The notes beneath the pieces are model-generated. The model made no database searches. It saw nothing but the letters and a program-made list of their open reading frames with translations, and had not been told where the DNA came from. Source: Candidatus Brocadiia bacterium (GTDB lineage: Bacteria; Planctomycetota; Brocadiia; CAIUPP01). Taken from it: a stretch of 64,000 bases of DNA. The translations under genes and the position numbers were made by a program. Every line of letters begins with the position of its first letter. Within the stretch, counting starts at the first letter, position 1. Below are positions 45,396-54,713 of this stretch, piece after piece. The stretch lies in contig JBEKCB010000007.1 of NCBI GenBank assembly GCA_050015075.1, forward strand, positions 96,001-160,000. The letters are read 5' to 3'.

Positions 45396-46085
45396 TCAAG
45401 CGACCCCTAACAGTTCCTTGGCCTTGTCCACGGCGGATGCGGCGTCCGGAGCATAACCCTGCGCGCCGATCTCGTCGGCGTAGCTCTGCGTCACCGGCGC
45501 GCCGCCGATCATCACTTTCACGTCCTTCAGCCCGGCCTTGCGGACCGATTCGCACACGGCCTTCATCTGCGGCATGGTGGTCGTGAGCAGCGCGGAGAGG
45601 CCGATGAGCTTCACGCCCTGGGCCTTGGCGGCTTCCACGAACTTCTCCGCCGGCACGTCAATTTCGAGGTCAACGACTTCGAAGCCGGCGCCGCGGAGCA
45701 TCATGCAGACGAGGTTCTTGCCGATGTCGTGCAGGTCGCCTTTGACCGTGCCGAGGATCACCTTGCCGCGCGACTTCACGCCCGCCTTGGTCAGGTAGGG
45801 CTGCAGGATTTCCATCGCGCCCGGCTTGGTGGCGGCCTCTTTGGCATTGGACATGGCGCGCGCCGCGATCAGCACCTCCGGCACGTAGAACTCGTTGGCC
45901 TTGAAGCGGCGGCCGACTTCGTTCATGCCGGCGATCAGCCCGTCGTTGAGGATCGTCGCGGGCGGCACGTTCGCCGCGAGCGCCTTCTTGACCAGCTCCA
46001 CGACCACTTCCCGCTTGCCGTTGATGATCGCTTCCGCGAGCGGCTTCAAGTCCGCTTTCTGCCCGCCGGCCTGTGCCTTCGCCAT
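45396..46085 (-). CDS. Corrinoid (cobalamin-binding) protein of a methyltransferase system
   Basis: Cap domain plus GDLHDIGKNLV (DxHxxG), SALLTTT, IGGAP. Confidence 0.95.
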   Translation of the reverse strand: MAKAQAGGQKADLKPLAEAIINGKREVVVELVKKALAANVPPATILNDGLIAGMNEVGRRFKANEFYVPEVLIAARAMSNAKEAATKPGAMEILQPYLTKAGVKSRGKVILGTVKGDLHDIGKNLVCMMLRGAGFEVVDLEIDVPAEKFVEAAKAQGVKLIGLSALLTTTMPQMKAVCESVRKAGLKDVKVMIGGAPVTQSYADEIGAQGYAPDAASAVDKAKELLGVA

Positions 46086-46217
46086 TTACGTCTCCTTCCC
46101 TAAGGATTGTTGGGGTCGGTTCGCGCCTCGTTTTCCGCCCGGAACGTGCGCCTTTCGGGAATTATGACTTGCGCAGCGTTCCCTGTCAACTGAACTCCAA
46201 ACGCAAAATGTTCCCGC

Positions 46218-48470
46218 TCAATCCTTCGCGCCGGCGGCCGCCTCCGCCAGTCGGCGCGTGGCGGCGAGGTCCGGTTTCCCGCTCGGCAGGAAGGGCAGGC
46301 TCTCGACGCGGTGGAAGTCCCTCGGCGACGGCAGCCACAGGTTCGGCACGCCGCGCTCGGACATTCGATGGAGCAGCGCGCCGGCGTCCAGTTCGGGCCC
46401 GGAATAGACGACCACGACTTTTTCCCCGCGCACGCGGTCCGGGAGCGTCACCACGGCAAAGCTGCGCTCGGCCTCGGGCGACGCCGCGGCGAGGGCGGCT
46501 TCGATCACCATGTGCGGCACCATCTCGCCGCCGATCTTGCTGAACCGCGAGATGCGGTCATGAATGTGGAGGAACCCGTCCTCGTCCATCGCGCCGATGT
46601 CCGCCGTCACGTACCAGTCGAGCCGCCGCAGGCCCGGTTCCGGCGGAGGCGGACCCTCGCGAAACGCCGCCGCGGTGGCGCGCGCGTCATCCATGTAGCG
46701 CATCATCACGCTCGGCCCGCGGACGAGGATGACGCCGGGCGCGTTGCCGGCCGCCGGCCGGAGCGTCTCGCGGTCCGCGACGAGGATGCCCAGTCCCGGC
46801 AGCGGGCGGCCGACGGAGCCGACACGCGAGCCGATCTGCTTCACGGGGCCGTCGCGGACGTCCGGCACGTTGACGGACACGACCGGCGAAAGCTCCGTGC
46901 AGCCGTAGCCTTCGGTCAGCGGCAGGCCGAACCGCGCCTCGAACGCCTCCGCCACCGCCGGGACGAGCTTCTGCGCCCCGGCGACCGCCAGCCGCAGCGA
47001 GCGGAACTGCTCCGGCTCGCAGCCGCGCACGTAAAGCGCGAAGAAGGACGAGGTCCCGGCGATGACCGTCGCGCGGTATTTCGCCACCATGCGGCCGACG
47101 CCTTTCGCGTCGAGCGGGTTCGGGTGATAGACCACGCGCATGCGCACCGTCAGCGGCGTCCAGAGCGTGGCGGTGAACCCGAACGAATGGAACGGCGGCA
47201 GCATGCCCATCATCGTGTCCGACGGGCCGAAGCGCATCACCTCCGAAAACGCCTCGATGTTGCTCACGATATTGTGATGCGAGAGCATCACGCCCTTCGG
47301 CTCGCCGGTGGCGCCGCTGGTGAACATCACCGTGGCCAGGTCGTCCATCGCGCCGCGCCGCATCAGCAGGCGCTCGGCGATCGCGTTCGGCGTGATCGCC
47401 GCGAGGAGGTAGCACAGCACCCGGTCGCGCCGCGGCATGCCGCGCATCACGTCCTCGAGATAAACGTATTCCGGCCGCTCCGGCAGCCCCGTCCGTTGCA
47501 GGAGCCCGCGCGAGGTGAAGACCGTCTTCAGCCCGCAGCGCCGGATGGCGACGGCGATGGAGGCGCGCGCGCCGGTGAAGTTCAGGTTGACCGGCACGCG
47601 GCCGGAGATGAGCGTCGCCGCGTTCATCAGCGCCGCGCCGACCGAGGCGGGCATCATCATGCCGACGCTCTTCTGCCCGCGACAGCGCCGGTCCATCCAG
47701 CGCGAGAGCATCAGCGCGCCCGCGAGCGACGCGCCCCAGGTGAGCTCCTGGCCGGTCGAGTCGGCCATGCACAGCCGCCGCCATAAGAACGGGCTCGACC
47801 GCGCCGCGCGCCAGAACTTGACGTGCAGCGGAAGTTGGAATCGCTTCCGCAGCGCGAAGGCGTCCGACCCCAGGTCCAGGACCGCGCGGCGCACTTCCGC
47901 GGACGAGCTGTCCGGCGGCAGCGGCGCGCCGAACACCACCGTCAGCGGCCGCGGGATCCGCTTCGGCCGCTTGAAGAAGTAGCGGCCGCCTTCGAAGCTG
48001 AAGACGCTGCCCCAAAGCCCGTCCATGTACACCGGCGTGATCGGCACGTCCGCCCGGCGCGCAATCAGTTCGAGGCCGCGCTTGAATCCGTGCACGTGGC
48101 CGGTGCGCGTCATGCCGCCTTCGGGAAACAGGCAGACGACTTCGCCCGCCTTGAGCGCCGCGACGACGCCCGCGATGGATGTCTTGATCGCCTCGGGCGC
48201 ATCATCCGGGGCCACGGGGATCGCCCCGAACGCGCGCACCAGCGGGCCGGTGAACCACGCGTCGAAGAACTTCCGCCAGATCAGGAACCGAGGCGGCCGC
48301 TCCAGGGCGTAGCCGAGGATGATGCTGTCCACGTAGGAAACGTGGTTGCAGACCAGCAGCGCCGGGCCGCGCGCCGGCAGGTTCCGCGCCCCGATGACCG
48401 TGACGCGGTAGAACACCCGCACCAACGGCCGCAGCAGAAAGCGAAGAATCCGCCACCCGGTGAGATTCAT
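46218..48470 (-). CDS. aas: Aas-like bifunctional acyltransferase / acyl-ACP synthetase
   Basis: NHVSYVD and FPEGG PlsC domain; FTSGATGEPKG, EGYGCTE and RFSKIGGE AMP-binding domain. Confidence 0.88.
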   Translation of the reverse strand: MNLTGWRILRFLLRPLVRVFYRVTVIGARNLPARGPALLVCNHVSYVDSIILGYALERPPRFLIWRKFFDAWFTGPLVRAFGAIPVAPDDAPEAIKTSIAGVVAALKAGEVVCLFPEGGMTRTGHVHGFKRGLELIARRADVPITPVYMDGLWGSVFSFEGGRYFFKRPKRIPRPLTVVFGAPLPPDSSSAEVRRAVLDLGSDAFALRKRFQLPLHVKFWRAARSSPFLWRRLCMADSTGQELTWGASLAGALMLSRWMDRRCRGQKSVGMMMPASVGAALMNAATLISGRVPVNLNFTGARASIAVAIRRCGLKTVFTSRGLLQRTGLPERPEYVYLEDVMRGMPRRDRVLCYLLAAITPNAIAERLLMRRGAMDDLATVMFTSGATGEPKGVMLSHHNIVSNIEAFSEVMRFGPSDTMMGMLPPFHSFGFTATLWTPLTVRMRVVYHPNPLDAKGVGRMVAKYRATVIAGTSSFFALYVRGCEPEQFRSLRLAVAGAQKLVPAVAEAFEARFGLPLTEGYGCTELSPVVSVNVPDVRDGPVKQIGSRVGSVGRPLPGLGILVADRETLRPAAGNAPGVILVRGPSVMMRYMDDARATAAAFREGPPPPEPGLRRLDWYVTADIGAMDEDGFLHIHDRISRFSKIGGEMVPHMVIEAALAAASPEAERSFAVVTLPDRVRGEKVVVVYSGPELDAGALLHRMSERGVPNLWLPSPRDFHRVESLPFLPSGKPDLAATRRLAEAAAGAKD

Positions 48471-48744
48471 CTGTCCTAACTTATTATCACCATACGTGTT
48501 GCGATAACTATATCATAACATGCCTTAACACAGCATGTTATGATAAATTGGATTCGTTTTTTCAAATAGCTTTTTACGTCTCAACCTCTTCCCCAAGTGC
48601 ATCTTGCGATCTGTCAAACGCGAATATATTGTACCATGGCGTATGATATCCTGTCAAATCTAACTCATAAGAATTCTAATATTGCGAGTGATCCTTTAGC
48701 CTTCAGCGCTATGCGCCGTTGCGCCGCCGAAATCGAGTCGGCCC

Positions 48745-50085
48745 TCACTTCGCCGGGGCAACACGGAACTTATACCCGCCGACGTCGCTGAAGTAGATGC
48801 GGTCCTGGTTGGCGTCGAACCAGGCCTGCCATCGCTCCGGCGTCCGGAAGCTCTCCACCGTGTACCGTTTCAGCAGCAGGCGGCCCTTTTCCGCCGTCCG
48901 CGCGTCCTTGAGCAACGCAATCATCTGGCCCAGGGCGGCGACGGTGCGGTTCGACGGGATGTCGGCGGACTTGAGGTCATCGTCCACGCGATAGCCCTTG
49001 TCGTAGCAGACAAGCTCCAGGTTATCCTGAAAGTAGTTTACGAAAGCGTCGTGCTTGCCGAGATACTGCTTTATTAGCTCGGGCGGGAAGGTTCCGCTGA
49101 GCGTCTTCTCGGGATCCTTGATCTCGTCAATGATCGAGGCAATCCTAACCGCGTGCTCTCGCGCGAACTGCACGCGATGGACCAGCGGCGCCACGCCGTC
49201 GAACTTGCGGATGTAGCAGACGCAGTTCAGGAAAAGCGCGCGCCCGGCTTCGGTCATCTGCGAGGGCGGCGAAGAGTAGCCCCACTGTAAAAAGCTCGCA
49301 TGTCGCCCGACGCCGACGTCGCCGTATTCCTTGCCTGTGTTGTAGCCTTGCGCCAGCACCTCCGCATCGGGCGAATCGGCGTAGCCGGAGCCATATGAAA
49401 CAACGCTGCCGTAGTCCTTCCCGCTGTTCTGCACGCGCCAGACTTTAATCTTCGGAGGCAGCTCCTTGCCGGCCGGCGAGCGGCGGTAGTTTTCCGGCGT
49501 CGGCCACATCTCGAATGCGGGCTGAACGGGGAACGGCTTCTGGAACACCTCGTGATTGAGCGGCTCAAACTGAGCCGCGTCGCTCATGCAGTTTCACTCA
49601 TACCCCGTCTTGAGCCGAAGCTGATTGCCGATCAATCCTCCGGCCACGCCGACGGTCACCGTCGCATGGGCATAGTTCTGCGACAGCTTCGGCCGCGGCG
49701 CATGGAGGGCCTCCACGCCGTCACCGTCATAATCCAGGATCGCCACGTCGAACCCATCGGCGCTCTTGTCGTCGAAGGTCGCCAGGTCGCCGGTCTGGAC
49801 CTGCGTGAAATACTTGCCCAGGAACTCGACGAAATCCTTCTCGCGCGCCGAGCCCGGATGACCGGCATAGAGGATGCGCATGGCGATCTTCGCCGGCGGC
49901 GCGGGTTCCTCCGCCGCGGTCCCGACGGCGCTGACGATCTGGCTGAGGTTCATATTGCAGGCCTTGCGCGCGTCCTCATCGGCGGCGGAACGGATTGCCG
50001 GCAGGAGCAGAACGGCGACCAGGATGACCACGCTCACGACCACCAGCATTTCGACGAGCGTAAGACCGCCACGCGCAGTTTTCAT
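48745..50085 (-). CDS. Putative selenoprotein (U-x-C) with a prepilin-type N-terminus, 446 aa by UGA readthrough; alternatively two ORFs, 49594-50085 and 48745-49587
   Basis: The two ORFs are in frame and joined by TGA-AAC-TGC; SECIS-like hairpin at 49560-49578; N-terminus G|LTLVEMLVVV. Confidence 0.7.
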
Positions 50086-50185
50086 GGGCGACCCTTTCCC
50101 CTGAATAATCGCGTTCATCCGGCGCCATTATACACGCTGGACCGACGGAAATGTGTGAGAATCCGGAACGCGCCTATCCGGCTCT

Positions 50186-50392
50186 CTAATCTTCAAAGGT
50201 GAAGATGTCCTCAATCCCGCGCTTGAAAGTGCGGGCAATTCGGAACGCAAGCCCCAGCGACGGTGTGTACTTGCCGCTCTCGATGGCGATGATGGTTTGC
50301 CGTGTCACCCCGACACGTCCGGCCAGCTCCTCTTGCGTCATCTCGCCGTGCTCGAAACGCAAGCGCCGGACGCAGTTGGATATCTCAGACAT
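50186..50392 (-). CDS. XRE-family HTH transcriptional regulator
   Basis: [29 protein letters not shown]. Confidence 0.95.
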   Translation of the reverse strand: MSEISNCVRRLRFEHGEMTQEELAGRVGVTRQTIIAIESGKYTPSLGLAFRIARTFKRGIEDIFTFED

Positions 50393-50795
50393 CGTCGGCC
50401 TCCGCGTGGCGTCTGTAACCCACCAGTACGGCGATTGCGCGCACGAGGTAGCACGTCATCCAGCCCGACAACACGATAGCGGGAAGCACATGTACGGATA
50501 CCTGCGAACGCCCATGAAACATGAAGGCCGCAAACCACACGCCCATGAGACCCAGAACGAAAATCATGTAAGATGCCGCAAAGCCGGCTATTGTGGCCTT
50601 GCGCAAGATGCTTATGTCCCGCTCGTCAGGCTTCTCTCGGCGTCCGATGAATACGGCGAAACCGTTAACCCCGAAGAACCCGAAGGCCGCTGTGGCTGCA
50701 TGAACCCCGACGAACGGCGCCAGGGCGGCGAATAAAACGACGCACACGGCGCAAGTTATCACAGCCAACCACGCGCGTTTCTGCTCTGCATTCAT
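50385..50795 (-). CDS. DUF2178-like 4-TM membrane protein
   Basis: DERD motif between TM helices; overlaps the XRE gene. Confidence 0.75.
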   Translation of the reverse strand: MNAEQKRAWLAVITCAVCVVLFAALAPFVGVHAATAAFGFFGVNGFAVFIGRREKPDERDISILRKATIAGFAASYMIFVLGLMGVWFAAFMFHGRSQVSVHVLPAIVLSGWMTCYLVRAIAVLVGYRRHAEADDV

Positions 50796-50809
50796 GGCTC
50801 CGCCCCTTA

Positions 50810-50857
50810 TGTAAAGGTAACTGTACATAGTGTAATGCATACTTTACACGGTGTCAA
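50810..50857 (-). promoter_or_regulatory. Sigma70 promoter with two tandem palindromic operators (probably bound by the XRE protein)
   Basis: TTGACA-17-TACACT; TGTAAAG-N4-CTGTACA (50810-50827) and TGTAATG-N4-CTTTACA (50831-50848). Confidence 0.75.
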
Positions 50858-51046
50858 GCAATTTCTCGGTCGCCTGCAGGTCTTAAACCAGCTTCACAGA
50901 GGCTCGCCGGCACGCCGAGTGAGGGCGCGTGAAATCGCTCTAAGACAGCATAGGCATGATCCGGAAAACCGAGTGCCAGTTGAAAAATGAGCCGCAAGGG
51001 TATAGATTGCCGCGTGGCGAATGCCGGCACAGAGAGGCGGTTCGAA

Positions 51047-51997
51047 ATGAAGATCGTTGTGCTCGACGGCCATACGCTGAATCCCGGCGATTTGAGCTGG
51101 GACGAACTGAAGGCGCTCGGCCCGACCGAGGTTTATGACCGCACGCCGCCGGACCAGGTCGTCGCGCGCGCGAAGGACGCGGAGATCGTCCTCACCAACA
51201 AGACCGTGCTCGACGCGGCGGTCCTCCGGCAGTTGCCCCAACTGAAGTACATCGGCGTCCTCGCGACCGGGTACAACGTTGTGGACATCCGGGCGGCGCG
51301 CGAACGGCACGTTTCGGTGACGAACGTTCCGACCTACGGCACGCCGTCCGTGGCGCAGATGGTTTTCGCGCACCTGCTCGAGCTGACGCAGCACGTGGCG
51401 CACCACGCGCAGACCGTGCGCGATGGGCGCTGGACGAAGAGCGCGGATTTCTGCTACTGGGATTTCCCGCTGATCGAGCTGAAGGGCCTGACGATGGGGA
51501 TCGTCGGCTACGGCCGGATCGGCCGCGAGACGGCCGCCGTCGCGAAGGCGTTTGGGATGAAAGTGCTCGCGGTCGAAGAGGCCCCGAAGCCGGCCGAGCC
51601 CGGGGTGGAGTTCGTCTCGCTCGACGACCTCTTCCGCCGCAGCGACGTGGTGAGCCTGCATTGCCCGCTCACGCCGGAGACGAAGGGCCTGGTCAACGCG
51701 CAGCGGCTGTCGCTCATGAAGAAGACGGCCTTCCTCATCAACACCAGCCGCGGCCCGCTCGTCGAGGAGCAGGCGCTGGCCGACGCGTTGAACTCCGGCC
51801 GCATCGCCGGCGCGGCGCTCGACGTGCTGGCCGTCGAGCCGCCTCCGCCGACGCACCCGCTCCTGAAGGCGAAGAACTGCCAGATCACGCCGCACATCGC
51901 CTGGGCCACCCGCGCCGCGCGCGAACGCCTGATGAAAGCCGCCGTGGACAACGTCCGCGTCTTCCTGGCCGGCGGCCGGCAGAATGTGGTGAATTAA
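51047..51997 (+). CDS. D-2-hydroxyacid (glycerate) dehydrogenase
   Basis: MKIVVLDGHTLNPGDL, GIVGYGRIG, INTSRG, DVLAVEP, TPHIAW. Confidence 0.93.
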   Translation: MKIVVLDGHTLNPGDLSWDELKALGPTEVYDRTPPDQVVARAKDAEIVLTNKTVLDAAVLRQLPQLKYIGVLATGYNVVDIRAARERHVSVTNVPTYGTPSVAQMVFAHLLELTQHVAHHAQTVRDGRWTKSADFCYWDFPLIELKGLTMGIVGYGRIGRETAAVAKAFGMKVLAVEEAPKPAEPGVEFVSLDDLFRRSDVVSLHCPLTPETKGLVNAQRLSLMKKTAFLINTSRGPLVEEQALADALNSGRIAGAALDVLAVEPPPPTHPLLKAKNCQITPHIAWATRAARERLMKAAVDNVRVFLAGGRQNVVN

Positions 51998-52006
51998 GTC
52001 TTTAGT

Positions 52007-52096
52007 TCACCACCACGACACGACGAGCACGACGTACGGACTCGGAAGAGAAAATTCGTTTGGCCTTACGTCGTGCTCGTCGTGTCGTCGTGGTGA
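52007..52096. repeat. Intergenic 30-bp inverted repeat (CACGAC units)
   Basis: TCACCACCACGACACGACGAGCACGACGTA / TACGTCGTGCTCGTCGTGTCGTCGTGGTGA (29 of 30 positions match). Confidence 0.8.
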
Positions 52097-52131
52097 GCGC
52101 GTGCCTTTGTGGTGCGGGTTAGCGAGGAACT

Positions 52132-53355
52132 ATGACGCCCGCGACCGAGAAGAGACCTCCGATGCGGCTGCTCGAGATCGCGCTCGACCGGGGCATGATC
52201 ACGGACGCGCAACTGGAGATGGTCCGCGCGGAGCACACGCAGGTCGCCGCGCAGGGCCGCAGCAAAACGCCCACGCGCATTGCGATCGAGCGCGGCATCC
52301 TCTCCGACCAGGACGCGCACGACCTGGAGACCGAGGCGTGGATCCGCGAGCTGCCCTCGGACCTGGACGAATACCGCCTGGTGCGGCTCGTCGGGCGCGG
52401 CGGCATGGCCGTGGTGTTCGAGGCGCAGGACGTCTCGCTCGGCAAAACCGTCGCCATCAAGTTGCTCCTTCCGGAATTCTCGTCGAGCGATTCCTACCTG
52501 GCGCGGTTCCATCGCGAGGCGCGCATCGCCGCGCGGTTCACGCACCCGAACACGGTGCAGGTCTTCCGCGCCGGCGAGAAAGAGGCGGTGCAGTTCCTGG
52601 TGATGGAGTTCGTCGAGGGCGAGCCGATCTCCGCGGTCCTGCGGCGGCGCGGCCGCATCCCGGAACGCGACGCCTTCGACGTGGCCTTGCAGGTCAGCGG
52701 CGCGCTCGAGGAAGCCGCCAGCCTCGGCGTCATCCACCGCGACGTCAAGCCGGGGAACATCCTCATGTCGAAGTGGGGCGTCCCCAAGCTGGCGGATTTC
52801 GGCATCGCCAAGGAGTTCGCCGACATCCGCGACGCGCGCATCCAGCAGTCGCTCACGATGGGCGTCGTCGGCACGCCGACGTACATGTCGCCCGAGCAGG
52901 CGCGCGGCGCGCGGGACATTGATTTCCGGTCGGACATCTACTCGCTCGGCGCGACGCTCTACCACATGGCCGTCGGCGAGCTGCCGTTCCCGGCCTCCAC
53001 GCCGCAGGAGACGATGGTGCGCGTCGTGGCCGAATCGCCGCGCCTGCCGCGCACCGTGTTCGCGAATCTCTCCGAATCCGCCGCGGCGGTCATCTGCAAA
53101 ATGATGGCCAAGAACGCCGCGGACCGGCACGCCTCGTACCCGGAACTGAAAGCCGACCTGGCCGCCGCGCGCGACGGCCAGCCGGCCTCGATCAGCTACG
53201 CGGAAGCGTGCCGCCTGATGACGCCGGCCGGCCGGCCCGAGGAAATCCGCGCGCCCGCCGCCGGCGGCCGCCTGCTCCGAATGCTCGCCGTCGCCGGCGC
53301 CGTGGCCGCCGTCGGGCTGGCGCTGATGCTGCTGATGACGCGCGGATGCGGTTAG
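52132..53355 (+). CDS. Ser/Thr protein kinase with a C-terminal TM anchor
   Basis: VGRGGMAVV, VAIK, HRDVKPGN, DFG, YMSPE. Confidence 0.95.
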   Translation: MTPATEKRPPMRLLEIALDRGMITDAQLEMVRAEHTQVAAQGRSKTPTRIAIERGILSDQDAHDLETEAWIRELPSDLDEYRLVRLVGRGGMAVVFEAQDVSLGKTVAIKLLLPEFSSSDSYLARFHREARIAARFTHPNTVQVFRAGEKEAVQFLVMEFVEGEPISAVLRRRGRIPERDAFDVALQVSGALEEAASLGVIHRDVKPGNILMSKWGVPKLADFGIAKEFADIRDARIQQSLTMGVVGTPTYMSPEQARGARDIDFRSDIYSLGATLYHMAVGELPFPASTPQETMVRVVAESPRLPRTVFANLSESAAAVICKMMAKNAADRHASYPELKADLAAARDGQPASISYAEACRLMTPAGRPEEIRAPAAGGRLLRMLAVAGAVAAVGLALMLLMTRGCG

Positions 53356-53540
53356 AGCCGCTCGTAGTGTGCCCGTAAGGGCATACGTTTTTCCAATGCG
53401 CTTGACGGAAGCAGCGCCTGGCGGCGCCACTACAAGCGAGACGGCGATTACCCGCCTTCGCCCCTTCGGCTGCGCTCAGGGCTGCGGCGGGCGAGCGATT
53501 ACGAGCAAGACTACGAGGTTTGGAAAAAGGAGGCGCGGCC

Positions 53541-54401
53541 ATGGAACGCATCTCGTACACGTTCGACATGATGCGCTCGTCGTGGGAGGTGCTCAAGGCG
53601 GAGAAGCAGTTGGTGCTTTTCCCGCTGATCAGCGGCATCTGTTGTCTGCTCGTGCTGGCCTCGTTCGCGCTGCCGCTGTGGGCGGTCGGCTTCCCGAACT
53701 CGGAGCAGTTGCAGCAACGGCCGGTGCTGTATTACGGGCTGCTCTTCCTCTTCTATTTTATGAACTACTTCATCGTCATCTTCTTCAACAGCGCCGTCAT
53801 CGCGTGCGCCATCGTGCGGATGCGCGGCGGCGAGCCGACGCTCTCGACGGGCATCCACGCGGCGCTCTCGCGGCTGCCGCAGATCGCCGGATGGGCGCTC
53901 GTTGCGGCCACCGTCGGGCTGATTCTGCGGGCGCTGGAGAACGTGGCGCGCAAGCGCGGCAACTGGGTGGGCCAGATCGTCGCGGGCATGCTCGGAATGG
54001 CGTGGTCGGTCGTGACGTTCCTCGTCGTGCCGATCCTCGTCGTGGAGAAAAAGGGCCCCTTCGAGGCGCTGAAGGAATCGGTGACGCTTTTGAGGAAGAC
54101 GTGGGGCGAGCAACTGGTCGGTGGGTTCAGCTTCGGACTGGTCTTCATGCTGCTGGGTCTCGGCGGCTTCATCCCGCTTTTCCTGGGCTTCAATATTCTG
54201 CACACCGTCATGCCGCTGGGCGTGCTGCTGATCGCCGTCGGGGCGATTTACCTGATCGGGCTGTCCGTGGTGCAGTCCACCCTGCAGACCATCTTCCAGG
54301 CCGCCGTTTACCTCTACGCCCGCGACGGCCGCGCCCCGAGAGGGTTCGACGAGTCCTGCCTGAGTTCCGCGATGGCCCCCGCGCCGCGGTCGGATGAGTG
54401 A
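53541..54401 (+). CDS. DUF6159-like membrane protein
   Basis: SWEVLK..KQLVLFP, FFNSAV, S..LLRKTWGE; AGGAGG RBS. Confidence 0.8.
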   Translation: MERISYTFDMMRSSWEVLKAEKQLVLFPLISGICCLLVLASFALPLWAVGFPNSEQLQQRPVLYYGLLFLFYFMNYFIVIFFNSAVIACAIVRMRGGEPTLSTGIHAALSRLPQIAGWALVAATVGLILRALENVARKRGNWVGQIVAGMLGMAWSVVTFLVVPILVVEKKGPFEALKESVTLLRKTWGEQLVGGFSFGLVFMLLGLGGFIPLFLGFNILHTVMPLGVLLIAVGAIYLIGLSVVQSTLQTIFQAAVYLYARDGRAPRGFDESCLSSAMAPAPRSDE

Positions 54402-54434
54402 GCCGGCAGACCGCCGCCGGCGCCCGTCTTGATT

Positions 54435-54519
54435 TGGGCGAGGAGGGGGTCGAACCCTCACGTCCCTAGCGGGACATCGGATTTTAAGTCCGATGCGTCT
54501 GCCATTCCGCCACTCGCCC
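54435..54519 (-). tRNA. tRNA-Leu(TAA)
   Basis: GGGCGAGTGGCGGAATGGCAGACGCA-TCGGA-CTTAAAA-TCCGA...GGTTCGACCCC; CCA not encoded. Confidence 0.95.
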
Positions 54520-54713
54520 GAGTGTCGGTTAGCATAGCCCAAGCAGAGGGCCAAATCAATTACGACCGGGAACTCGCGGTCGGTGTCGGCTCAACACGGG
54601 AATCGGCCCACAATTCCGGCTAAGCCGCGCGCCTCACGCAAAAGGAAAAGCCTGTCCAAGGCCGTGCCGACCCGCAGCAGCGACGTTCATTATGTTGCGC
54701 CGCCGTTTGCGCG

